Shown here: positions 37,651 through 49,539 of the stretch, piece by piece
How the letters are laid out: each line of letters opens with the position of its first letter
Position numbering within the stretch: the stretch's first letter is position 1
NCBI RefSeq assembly: GCF_963506605.1
Contig: NC_083286.1
Location: 51,894,001-51,958,000 of the forward strand
Reading direction: 5' to 3'
Origin: Zootoca vivipara
Lineage: Eukaryota
Length of the DNA stretch: 64,000 nt
Position numbers and translations under genes: made by a program
The notes under the pieces: generated by a model
What the model was told of the DNA's origin: nothing
The model's input: only the letters and a program-made list of their open reading frames with translations
Database searches by the model: none

Positions 37651-37801
37651 TAGGGTTGCCATATGTCCTCTTCCCCCTGCCCCAGGACACACCCTCTTTT
37701 TCATGGGTATGTAAAATGAAAGTTGTCATAGCGATCCATAGGTAAAAGTCGAAGTCGGCAAATGTGTCCTCTTTGTTGCTCTTCAAAATATGGCAACCCT
37801 A
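37651..37801. mobile_element. Old hAT MITE
   Basis: TIRs TAGGGTTGCCATAT/ATATGGCAACCCTA; TSD not preserved. Confidence 0.7.
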
Positions 37802-40291
37802 TCTCTGTAAATGCTTTCCCTAATTGGGTCTATTCCCACATCAGGGCCCCGAATAAAAATAAATCCAGGAGAATGATTTCTTCATGTTGTGTTTGGTGTC
37901 AACATTGTACTCTTCACTAACATAGATCAGGCCCTCTGAAACAGGAACTCCTCACCATCCCAAGCTTGTTGTCATTGTTAAAAACGTGCCTTAGCTGTTC
38001 CACAGATACACAAGTTGCTGAATAAGGAAGAGTAATTCATAGGAAGCAGAATTCACAACATCTAAGACACATTGCATCTTGCCTCCCCTGCAATGGCAAC
38101 AAGTGAGAGAAAGGGAGGAAGGAAATGTCGGGTTTCATAAGGAAATTTACAGGGGGCGGGGGACACTGTAGTGATCCTGATTCCATGGAAGTCAGACATT
38201 AACTGACTGGGAGGGAATCTGTTGCATCTTCAGGGCATGTGGCAGATGGACACATCCTGCTTAACCATGGGTAGGTGCACTTGCCCTCTGACTGGTGTTC
38301 CAGAAAGTTCTGAAGATGCAGGTGCGGAACCCATTAGGGGACTTCACAACAAAGAACGAAGTGCATTCTCGTTTCAACATTCTTGCAGAACTATCTTTTC
38401 AGCTGATAGTGTTTTAAATGCAGAGTCAGATTTGCTTTTAGGAATTTAGCAGTAGGCCTTATCGGTCTACTAAAAATTCATAGATGTTTTTCTTTCCTTT
38501 CTTTCTGTTCTCTCCCAGTTGGAGGAGCAATCTTGTCATTCCTGCTTTTGTTGAAACAAGACATTGAGTTCCACGGCATCAATGCAACTGGATGCAGCTG
38601 GGTGCCATCCCAAATTGGTCGGAACATTAAAAACTCAACCTCCCATACTAAATAAGACTGCCTAGTCATTAGGAAATGTTGCATTAACATTCCAGGCTAA
38701 ATTGAATAAGAAGCATTATTTTGGGAGAACACTTTCACAAAGACACTAGCATTTCTAATGAAGCATTTAGATTCTCTCTTCTCCTACCCACCATAAGGTT
38801 GTGTGTGTGTGTATGTGTAAGTTTTCCGAATTATTACTTCTGATACTGTGCCATTTTATTCCAAATATTTTATTCAGGACTTCACATATAATTACCTTCC
38901 TAATAAAAAGAGCTATTAGGATGTAAAGATCCTCTCTCCCTTCCATGCTCTTTTAAAATTATGACCTACTCAAGCTTGAAATCAAAGGCAGTGCTGAATG
39001 CAATAACTCAGCCGAAACCTTCTCATTGGGCTTTTGCAGCCTCATAACTGATAAATATGCAAATTTAGCTCCCTTTTGGTGATTTGCCTGCGAAAACAGG
39101 GATTAACTCTGAATGAATGCAGAAAGTTCAGCACTGGGAAGCATGCACACAACATTTTGTTCATGTTACCACATATGGATGTCAATAAACACTGTAACAA
39201 AAAGCCAGAATACTGGAATGGGAGTGGGAGGTAACACTTAGAAGGCATCATTTGGGTTCATAGCCAGTATCCTGCTGTAAATGGTGCAGACCGTTCACTG
39301 GCTGCTGCCAATATGGAAACTGTTGTAGAAGGACTTTAAAAAAAAAAAAAACTTTCTGGCACCTTGTTTGTAAACATTTGCACTGGGGGGTGTTACCCCC
39401 AGTAGTGCTGGCAAAATGTCATACCTTGTGACACAGCATCCTATTTATCATCCTATTCTAGGAATTCCTTCGCCAGCACACACATCTAGCCACTGGTTCT
39501 TCATCTCAACTCACTGTCTGCACCTAGGACTTGCTTGATGTCGACAAAGCTCAGCGTTTCCCATACGTTAGACGTTTTCTTCTTTGATAGTTGTGTTGCG
39601 GAATTATGAAACCAAGCAGTATTTGGGGGGTGTCAGGATGAAGCAGAGAGAGGTCAAGAGTGAGCATCCTTTCGCACTGTGGTGCTGCTAAAGATGGCTC
39701 AGCGTGGCACAAAACCTGCATAGCCTTACACGTGCCTCAATTCCTAGCTTAGGAGCAGAACAACTGCATATCAGAGATTGTTTCAGATGTATATAGAGGT
39801 TGACAGCATGGCTCTGTTGCCAATTAACTCCCCCCTCTACTCATATCTTATGTTTAGGCATACGTTTAACTGTGGGGAGATTTGCAAATACTTGCTATGT
39901 GGGTGATTTCTCTCCATAAATGGCTCCACCACTTGTGCAAGTTGAGTGCTTAAAATAATATTTCTTGGCTTTAATTGTTTTTTTTTTTTAAAAAAGAAGA
40001 GTGTTATTGGTTTTTTTCTTCATGTTTTGTGCTGTTGAGAATACTTCCAACCCTTTGGTGCTATGCGATGATGCTTTTGCGTTGAAACGATGAAAAGCAA
40101 AAGGATCTAGATATTTTATATGATATCACAGTGGCCTACAGTGTGCATCGCAACGCACCTGGAAGATCGACACACAAAAAAACTCTCCTAGAACCCTCTT
40201 TAGCAAGTTAAAAAAAAATTGTAGGGCCTGCTACACATATTATCCTGGTGGTGTAATTATGGCGGGGAACCTGACGTACATGGGTGCTTCC

Positions 40292-40381
40292 CATAGCTGC
40301 CAAGTTTTCCCTTTTCTCGCGAGGAAGCCTATTCAGCATAAGGGAAAATCCCTTTAAAAAAGGGATAACTTGGCAGCTATG
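40292..40381. mobile_element. 90-bp hAT MITE in the candidate DCC 3'UTR
   Basis: TIRs CATAGCTGCCAAGTT/AACTTGGCAGCTATG, perfect TSD GTGCTTCC. Near-identical to 5278-5367 in opposite orientation. Confidence 0.93.
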
Positions 40382-41881
40382 GTGCTTCCTCACAGTTGAA
40401 CACGCCAATTTCAACAACACTGGAATTAAATCAGTATGAATGAAGCTAGCACAAAGCACATGAAGGCTCCCTTCCCAAAACATCAAACCACATGAGCGCT
40501 GGGTATGCGAAACATGGATAAAATTTTGCTAGCGGTTTCAAAAACTCTTTTGGCTTCCTTAGAAATTCCTACAGTGCTTCTGCCTGAGGAGAAAAATCTA
40601 GTTTTGCTTCTAATTTCATATTATGAACAATCCCGGGACAGAGAGCGATAGCTAAGCTCCCCTCCAGCTCATCTCACTATTTATTTCTCGCTAACTCAGA
40701 GACCTCTTAGAGGAGGGATGGGGGAGCCTTTAGTTCTCCATAGCTTGCTAGACTCCAGCTCTTATCAGCCCCAGTTAGCATGGCTAATGGTCAGGGCTGC
40801 TGGGAGTTGTAGTTCAGCAACACATGGAGAATTGCAGGTTCCTCACTTGGACTTAGCAAAAACTAAGGGTGTTGTTGTTTTTTTGAAAATGTTTGTAGAA
40901 TTGGTAATGCTGTAGCATCTGGCGAGCTTCCTGTCTGTTTTCTCTACTGCCCTTCCCATAAGGAGGCCAGTGGTGAGGAGGGCTGGTAGGGAGCATAAAC
41001 AGTCGTAAAGGTCCTGCTTTAAGACCCAGGCACTCCAACCTGGATGCTCATGTGGAGAATTGGTTAATGCCGGGAAAGCGAGAGATATTAGAAACTTGTT
41101 TGCACAGGCTCTCTGGCATCAATGGGTGTCATGCAATACCCCTCTCCTCTTCCCAACAGTCAGTTTTGGGAAAGGAGAAGGGCTAGAGGAAGTGATGGCT
41201 TGCTAGCAACAGAGAATGTTGACAGCAGGATGAGTCCATTACATGCTCGGTGGAACCACAGGCTTGGCTTGTAATGGGCTTCAATGGGAATGGGAGTGCC
41301 TTTACAAGTTTCCAAATTAAAATTTTTGGCAGCAGAATCACTTCTGACAATCTATGGATGAGCACTCACTCTGCAACCCACCAAGAAATGCCAGCAGTCT
41401 CTTTGACTTCCCTCAAAAGATCTCAGGAGTTTCACCTGAGGAAGAACCACCCGATTCACTTTAAATTTCACTGGGGACAAAATTGGTGGCCTCCCTCATG
41501 AGGAGAGAGGCCAGCCTAGGTCAGGTTACCATCCATCCACATGATAATGTGTGAAGCAGACCATACGTAAGATCCCACCCTGCACACTGCGAAGATCAGC
41601 AGAACAAAATAGGCCATCAGGAGGCACTGGGGTTGGGTCAAGGAGACATCTTGTTTCTTGCTTCTCAGGGCTGTTCTTTCATCACTGCTTCAGACTGTTG
41701 CTCGACCAATAGGAATGCACGATGCCATTTCAAGACTGTGAGATCTCTCCTTAGAACGGGGTTTGATGGCGCATCGGTTGGCTTTATGGCAAACGCGGGT
41801 GTTTGGTGGTGGTGTATGTGTGAAACGCTGGTATGCTGCAATGTTCCTGGGTTACTCCATTCTTCTGTTCATCCAAAGCAT

Positions 41882-42055
<174 letters not shown>

Positions 42056-42979
42056 TTATGACTGGTCACTGCAGAAACATGGAGAATTGTATTTAAGTTT
42101 AGGGGAAAAAAATAGAAAGGGACAGATCCATCCATCTCTACCCTCGATCCAGCCCTGATCTTCCCCTGTCTTGCCAGTTTTAAAAGCAGTCTTTCAGCGG
42201 ATATTTTCAATGTGACTATCCTGAATCAGTATCAGTACAACAAGGATGTAACATGGAAGAGGTTGAAAAGAATGTCCTATAAAAGATATCTTTATTTATA
42301 TGTGTTTGAAAGGGAATGGCATTATTTGAAAGTAAGTTGGGAGGATACTCAAGTGTTAATAAAAAGCCAATGTCTTTAGGATGCCCATAGAGGTTGAGTA
42401 GGACTGTGAACCTGAACTTTGCTCCTCATTGGCTCCTCTTCCATTATCTCCTCTAAGTGCGCCCACTCCTGCTGAGACTTCCCTTGGCAAATAATTTGTC
42501 CAGCCATTATGAAAAATAAGATATTTAGAGCTGAAATGTTCCACACTCCACAGCTCCTTATACCAGTCATTTCAACCAAAGTGGTCGTTTTCATTTCTTC
42601 ACTCCCTTCCCAATTGCATGACGCCAGGCTGCCTTATCTCTTGTACACAGAACGGCCGTCAAGGCTTGGAAACCATTCAGAGGCACACAAAAAAAGGCTG
42701 TGCAATAATCCAAGAGCTGCCCTGGGATGGCATTGTGCTGTGATGGCTTTTGCCCACCAGTTAGGCTGCCTATTGTGTTTCCACTCACTTCAATTACCAT
42801 TTGTTTCAGTTGCTGCTACTACTTGCAGGAGATGGCCTCTAAATCATAGTGCTTGAATTGCACTAGTGGAGCAAATGCCCTGGACAGGATCCAGAAAGGG
42901 AAATAGAACAGCAAAACACAAGAAAGAAATCACTGGAAAGATTCTTCCTTTTAGGGTGTGAGGAAAATAAGAGGGGCAG

Positions 42980-43355
42980 ATTTAAAATCCTTCTACACTG
43001 GCTCCCAGTACGTTTCCGAGCACAATTCAAAGCGTTGGTGCTGATCTTTAAAGCCCTACCTGTAAATGACATTGGCCCTATATACCTGAAGGAGTATCTC
43101 CACCTCCACCGTTCAGCCCAAACACTGAGGTCCAGCTCCGAGGGTCTTCTGGCGGTTCCCCCACTGTGAGAAGTGAAGTTACATGGAACCAGGCAGAGGA
43201 CCTTCTTGGTAGTGGTCAAGAAAATAAACAACTATCTGACTTTTAAAAGACACCTGAAGACAGCCTTGCATAGGGAAGTTTTTAATGTTTGATGTTCTAT
43301 TGTATTTTTAATATTCTGTTGGGAGCCACCCAGAGTGGCTGGGGCAACCCAGTTA
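42980..43355 (+). mobile_element. L2 LINE 3' fragment
   Basis: CTACACTGGCTCCCAGTACGTTTCCGAGCACAATTCAAAGCGTTGGTGCTGATCTTTAAAGCCCTA (LHWLPVRFRAQFK.LVL.FKAL) and a CCCAGAGTGGCTGGGG end. Confidence 0.85.
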
Positions 43356-43634
43356 CATGTGCAGAGTATGGAAAAGAAAATTATTATTAAATTCTGCTTG
43401 TGTAAGTGGCTTAATACACTTCCATGTGGCAAAGCTGTACATTCAGGGACAAAGGTTGAAACTATATAGCTTACTGTATCAGGCTCCCACATTTTGTGGA
43501 AGCTGGTAGTTGCCAAGAATGTGGGGTACAGTCACAGCCATCTATATGGCAAGTGCATTTTGAATGATGCAGCCTCCATCTGGATGGTATCTGTTCTAGA
43601 TTGCAAATTGGAATTGAAAGAGATTGGTCATGGT

Positions 43635-44077
43635 CTGTTGGACTGGTCATGTAGTGCGGATGCCTGATGATCGTCTTCCAAAGCAACTACTCTATTCCGA
43701 ACTTAAAAATGGAACGCGTAATGCTGGTGGTCAACAAAAGAGGTTCAAAGACTGTCTCAAGGCAAATCTAAAAAAAAAAAAAAGTAGTATAAACACCGAC
43801 AACTGGGAAACACTGCAAGTGCTCCAGTTGGAGAACAGCCTTTACCAAAGGTGTCAGGGGCTTTGAAGACACTCAATCTCAGGACACAAGAGAGAAACGT
43901 GCTAAGAGGAAGGCGCGCTTGACAAATCCACACTGTGGAAGGACATGTGGATCTAGAACTGGCCTCCACAGTCACTTACGGACCCATTGTTAAAACCATG
44001 TATATGGAAGACAATTTACTCGAAGAAGAAGAAGAAGAAGAAGAAGAAGAAGAAGAAGAAGAAGAAGAAGAAGAAGA
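43635..44077 (+). mobile_element. RTE-clade LINE 3' fragment with (GAA)n tail
   Basis: WTGHVVRMPDDRLPKQLLYSELKNGTRNAGGQQKRFKDCLK; (GAA)n at 44022-44077. Confidence 0.88.
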
Positions 44078-45600
44078 ATGCAAATGGGGAGAGCACTTCC
44101 ATTCAAAATAATAAAAATAAAAATAAAATCATTGTACACAGAAAACTAGCAGGCCAGCTAGGCTAAGATGTGATGCGGTCAGGTAATTTTTGACTCTGGA
44201 CTTAATGGGCTTACAGAGGACCAACTCTTTAGATGGCAACAGGCATTACTTATTTCAAAATTCCAAGTATGTTGGTAGTTGGCCAATAAATTATTCCTAT
44301 TCCTAAAATGTGAGCCAGCCCTGCTGTGTTTGGGGCTCTCCTGCTCTTTCTCCTGACTGGGTCCATGGTCCAAAGTTCTACCCCAACAGCACAGCTGCTC
44401 TTTATGATCTAGCTTTTTACATGGAGGAAATGGTTTCCATCCAACCAGAGCCAAACCAGACTCGGCAGTACTTGCATTATTGCAATCAAAGTGCACATCT
44501 TTTTTGTTATGTATTTAGAAGTCTCAGGGAAACCTGAATGGACTTGGAACCGTGGTGGTTGGGGAGGAGAAGTTTAACTCTTTCCTACCCTGCTGGGGTG
44601 ACAACAAAATCCTCTTCTGTGAAGCTGAAACTCGCATTTCAAGAAGACTTCCGACTGTCACCCACACAAGTTGCCCAACAAAGATGTGAAGGTACATAGC
44701 ATCCTTGTAGAAAACTGTGGTTCCCGTGACCTACTCCCCATGTTTGTTGAGATGCTATTGTCTTTCCCTGATGCACCTCAGAAAGATTTTGAACTTCCTT
44801 GGGGGGTTGATAAGCTTTCTCAACTGAGACAAATCTGTGCTTCTGGGGTTGGCGTGAATGGAGGGCGGACTGCGGGTTGGACAGCTCTGTCAAGCCTGGC
44901 ACTGCAGAGGTCTGTGGGGGAAGCGCTGAGGCGAGGTGTACCCCCAAAAAAGCCTCAAAGGAAAGTTTGAGGTGTCAAGAGGTCTGCAGATCACAATGGC
45001 AGCTTGGGCTCTGGTCTCTGCTTCCACTCCGAAAGGTGCGGAGAGCGTGGGGGGGGGGCAAGCCAAGGAAAAGCCGGCGATTTAGGCACCAACGCAGCTC
45101 TGCAGAGTGAAGTCTCTGAACCAGCCAGCAGCACTTACCATTCCAACTAACTTCAAACCGATTTGCAAGGTGAGAAGGAAATTAGCTATTAATTATTAAA
45201 TCAGCAAAACGGGAGGATTAAAAGGAAGTCCACTCCCATGCCTGGGTATTTAAACTGCATGAAAAACATTACAAGTGAAAAAGTTGCAGACTAGCCTTGG
45301 AAGTTAAAACAGCTAATGGCTGACAAGGACAAAGGATCTTTGAATATCAATCTGGATACTTTACAGATATTTTTTTAAAATAAAAATGAATCTGAATTTG
45401 AACAACAGACGTGAACTTGAGAGTGCGTTTGAACTTGACACAGATTATGTAATATATTAATATTGAACCTGAAAAGTAAATGCTAAGGCTCCAACTGACT
45501 GCGGGTAAGCTTTGGGAGGAAAAAAATGGGGATGAGATGTGGGAGAAATGAGTATTATCCCTTGTATTCTAAACAAGGGAAGTGAAAACTGCTATAAGGT

Positions 45601-45681
45601 GGAGGAGGAAGAGGAAGAGGAGGAGGAGGAGGAGGAGGAGGAGGAGGAGGAGGAGGAGGAGGAGGAGGAGGAGGAGGAGGA
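45601..45681. repeat. (GAG)n purine microsatellite
   Basis: Direct read; it explains the poly-E, poly-R and poly-P ORFs. Confidence 0.98.
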
Positions 45682-45830
45682 AATGGGACAGTTATTTTCA
45701 GTGCCAGACTTACTTCTCCAGTAATACCTGCCTTTGGCAGTCCCATCAATCCAATTGGTACGAGACTGGATCTACAAAACATTTCAGCTAGTGCTTCTGG
45801 ACTACAAGAGAACTATGGACTTATGCTTAC

Positions 45831-45973
45831 ATTTGCAGGATCCTCTGTTTGTTTGTGCCCCTCTTCTGAGGCTTCTGGGGCTGTCGGCACTGAGACGGGA
45901 AGCAGAGGGGATCTTGCTTTGCCAGCTAGTCCAAGTGATGCTGTCTTAACCTGAGCCTTGGGAAGGTTGGGTG
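45831..45973 (-). CDS. DCC: DCC penultimate coding exon (equivalent to human exon 28)
   Basis: Translates (A)[47 protein letters not shown]. Acceptor TTTATATTGCAG|, donor AAT|GTAAGC. 143 nt, phase 1-0. Not called in the ORF track because there is no start codon in this frame. Confidence 0.97.
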
Positions 45974-47340
45974 CTGCAATATAAATGGAGAAGGTAGGAC
46001 CATATTAGCACATGAATCATGCACTGAAGAAAGCAGAAGCAACATGAGAATACACATTAAATCAGCCATATTTTGCCCAGGCCCTTCCTTACATTTATAA
46101 TCTGTTATCACCTAAAATGTGTAGCACACATTTTTTTAAAAAAGAATGAAACCACAACAGCATATTGAATCTAAACAGCACAAGATCCAAATAGGAATCT
46201 TAAAATAAAACCCAGTTAGATTAATCCTACAGTCTTAAGCATACTTACATGGAAGTAAGTTCCACAGAAATGAATCACAACCATTTCCAAGTCAATTAGA
46301 GGTGATATCTAGGTAATAAACACTTTTAAATTTTTCTTGGATTTCGATGGGCTACCCAACTTCATGCTCAAGCCTTTCCCACTGGCAATCAATGAGTGCA
46401 AAACATTAAATCCCCCCCAGTCAAGGGATGGATGAATCTCAGTTTTGGGAAGGTTTTTGGTGGTGGAGAAATATATCAGAGCTCTTGGCAGAACATCAAA
46501 GCATATTCAGGCCTAGAAAAGAATAGGCATGTGCAATATTGACCTGAGGGACTGGCAGGCAGAAGGAAGGATTTGGTGGCCATCTCAAGTATGTATACTA
46601 AGAGTGGTTGACCTTGAGTAAAGAGAGGCAGAGAGGGCTAAGAATCTGTAACAGAGACTTCTCTGCACCCTCACAGAACCACAACTACACTAAGGAGAAT
46701 CGATCACAGTTAAGTTGGCATAAAAAGGCTGCATTTGTAGCTGGACTGAGCAGAGCCAAAATGCCAAAAATGAGAGGAAATTTTTGCAGAGTGGGAACAA
46801 TCCCGGACAATCGCAGGGATGATTATCTGCTATGGCTTTCTTTCTCTGCAGCTCTGAAAGTGGCTACTCTTTCTCTCCTTACACAGCGAGAGATAATTTC
46901 TTGGTCAGTTGGCAGGTCAATTGGTTGCAACTACCACTGTTCTCCTCCCAGAAGGTGCCGGGATGGGGCAAATATTTATTGGATTTGTTTAAAATAACTT
47001 ATACACCAGTAAATATAACAAAATCTTGAAGCAGCTCACATCAACCATGAAACCACAAGCAAAAAGTAAATACATGATTTTAAAAAGTTAATCGAAGCAT
47101 TAAAACAGAAACACTGAGCAGTGTGACCAGAGGCAGGGAAAGTCAACGGAAACTAGTATGTTTTCAGGAGCTGCTTAAATCTGGCCACAGCAGGTGCATG
47201 AGGAAGGGCAGGCCAGAGGGCTAGTGTGACTACAGACAAGTAGCTTTGTCTCAATGCAAGAAGCAGTGCCACTTCTTGGACCTTGCGAGAGAAAAATAAT
47301 GCTGATTTTCTGAAGTTTTCTCTACTCCATTGTGTTTGGG

Positions 47341-47342
<2 letters not shown>

Positions 47343-47382
<40 letters not shown>
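47343..47382. repeat. (TG)n microsatellite
   Basis: Direct read. Confidence 0.98.
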
Positions 47383-47385
<3 letters not shown>

Positions 47386-47764
47386 AAGAGAGCAGGAGCT
47401 ATTCAGTCACGAGAAACCATTATTATGTGTGGTCAGGGAGGAGAGTACTAGCTTCATCCTTGCCACCACACGTTGGAGGGTGACTTTTCAAAGGAGGCCG
47501 TGTGTTTCTGCTTATGTAGGCACCCCATGCAATGTAGAACCCTGAAATCCATGAGTCTGCATCATGCGGAGAGTCTCTATGACCATGGCAGGCTCCCTCT
47601 TTTGGATATTTGATCTTCAGCTCATGGAGGGTGACAGGCACAGTGGTGTTGGGCAGAATGGCCATCCTCGCCCCTGCTCCCTGTCCCCCTCTTGTATATC
47701 TGGATTTGTAGAACACCTAGGGCTAGAGAATGAGTGTTTTGCCAAGTACTCCCTTTAAAAGGAT

Positions 47765-48275
47765 GCTGTTGAAGCAATGATTCTTCAACATCAACTTTGT
47801 TGGACTGGTCATGTTCTGCAGATGCCTGATGATCGTCTTCCAAAGCAACTACTCTATTCCGAACTTAAAAATGGAAAGCGTAATGCTGGTGGTCAACAAA
47901 AGAGGTTCAAAGACTCTCTCAAGGCAATTATGGGTTTTTTAAATAAAAAAAGTAGTATGAACACCAACATTTGGGAAACACTTGCCTGCAAGCGCTCCAA
48001 TTGGAGAACAGCCTTTATCAAAGGTGTCATGGGCTTTGAAGACACTCGAACTCAGGGTGCAAGGGAGAAACATGCTAGGAGGAAGGCATGCTTGGCAAAT
48101 CCACACTGTGATCAACTCCCGCCCGGAAATCAATGTCCCCACTGTGGAAGAACGTGTGGATCCAGAATTGGCCTTCACAGTCACTTACGGACTAATTGTT
48201 GAAACCGTCTTTATGGAAGACAATCTTACTTGGCTACAGGTGATCACAGGAGGAGGAGGAGGAGGAGGAGGAGGC
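47765..48275 (+). mobile_element. RTE-clade LINE 3' fragment with (GGA)n tail
   Basis: ORF 47777-48202: LCWTGHVLQMPDDRLPKQLLYSEL...CPHCGRTCGSRIGLHSHLRT (terminal C2H2-like motif). Confidence 0.9.
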
Positions 48276-49407
48276 GGCAAATGGGACACTGCCTTACCAA
48301 CCTCAGTCTGCCCTCGGACTGCCCCCTTCCCACCCTCACCTGTCTGCCTGCCTACTTACAGCATGCCCAGGGGATAGCCTTGGCTGTCAGCTTCCTCCTT
48401 AGTTTCAAGTGTTGCCTTTGTATGACTCAGTAGAGATGAAGATGAGGGGCAAAACTAAAATTACTTGACTCTGCCCATCATTGACTGTGGCTCCATCAAC
48501 TGTTGGTCTCCCTGCTTTCCATTGTTCCAGCCCAATTGGACACAACCACCACCTCTCTTTAACAATTCAGCACAGCTCCCTCCCCAAATGGCCACCTCCC
48601 CAAAATAGGGTGATGAAATGGGGTGGTCCATTTGTACTCTGCTCTATTTTGCAGTGGAAATATTTCTAAATGTCTGGTTTTAAATATATATATTTGGCTA
48701 TACTTAAGAAGTGTAATTCAACACCAACAACAGGCTACAGAGAGAATGTTTAAAAATGCATTTTGATTTTCTTTTCTTTAGAACTGATTTTTTTCCCCTT
48801 TTCAAAAACCCAAACATTAATTTTAATCAAATGTTAAAGCACAGGGTGAGCGAGGCTTGCATTGCTAAATGCTGAAGAATATTCAAAGCAAAGCTCTCCC
48901 AAATTAGAGTGTCACGTTGAACTTTACCACTTATAAATATCTTTCTACTAGGAAGCATTAGACAAAAGAAGAGCCAGACATTTTTTGCATGCCTGAATCT
49001 CTTTGATAATCCAAGTTTAGCTGAAATGAAAAAGGGAAAGCTAAGAAAGAAAGTTAAATAAATTCTTCAAAAGATAACAATCCGCTTCCTATCTTCACTG
49101 TAATAAATGAGTTCCTCAATAACTAGTTTTGCTGAACTTCCTAGAATCTCAAAGAAAGAACAGACTATATAGCCATCCACAGAAGATAACGGGTATGTGT
49201 TTTAAAATAATACGATCCAAGAGGGGAAAGAGTAAAGGGAAGAAAATGTACTTAGGCACAACTGCTTGAAGGCATTTTGATACTCTCAGTTGCTCCTCTA
49301 TATGGTGTGAGAGTAGGGAAGGGAAAATCTGCCCATTTCAGGTTCTTTCAGCTTCTCATTTTATTCAGTCTTATGTTCAGTGCTTCACACCTCCCACATC
49401 AGTTTGA

Positions 49408-49539
49408 TATCTGAAGAAGTGTGCATGCACATGAAAGCTCATACCAATGACAAACTTAGCTGGACTCTAAGGTGCTACTGGAAGGAATTTTTAAATTTTG
49501 TTTCGACTACGGCAGACCAACACGGCTGCCTACCTGTAA
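49408..49539 (+). mobile_element. Penelope pLTR fragment carrying a hammerhead motif, in a DCC intron
   Basis: Near-identical to 1344-1475; TAT-CTGAAGA-AGTGTGCATGCACAT-GAAA-GCTC-ATAC. Confidence 0.88.

Larger units (their letters stand above)
30470..41881 (-). other. DCC: Candidate long DCC 3'UTR (~11.4 kb)
   Basis: Follows the stop codon, carries fewer transposon insertions than the flanks, is U-rich on the sense strand and ends at a strong poly(A) cassette. The full length is inferred, not shown. Confidence 0.6.

Noticed and set aside
45539-45791. Poly-E, poly-R and poly-P ORFs (likewise poly-Q/poly-C at 13800-14011 and YI repeats at 4550-4854)
   Set aside because: Translations of microsatellites.
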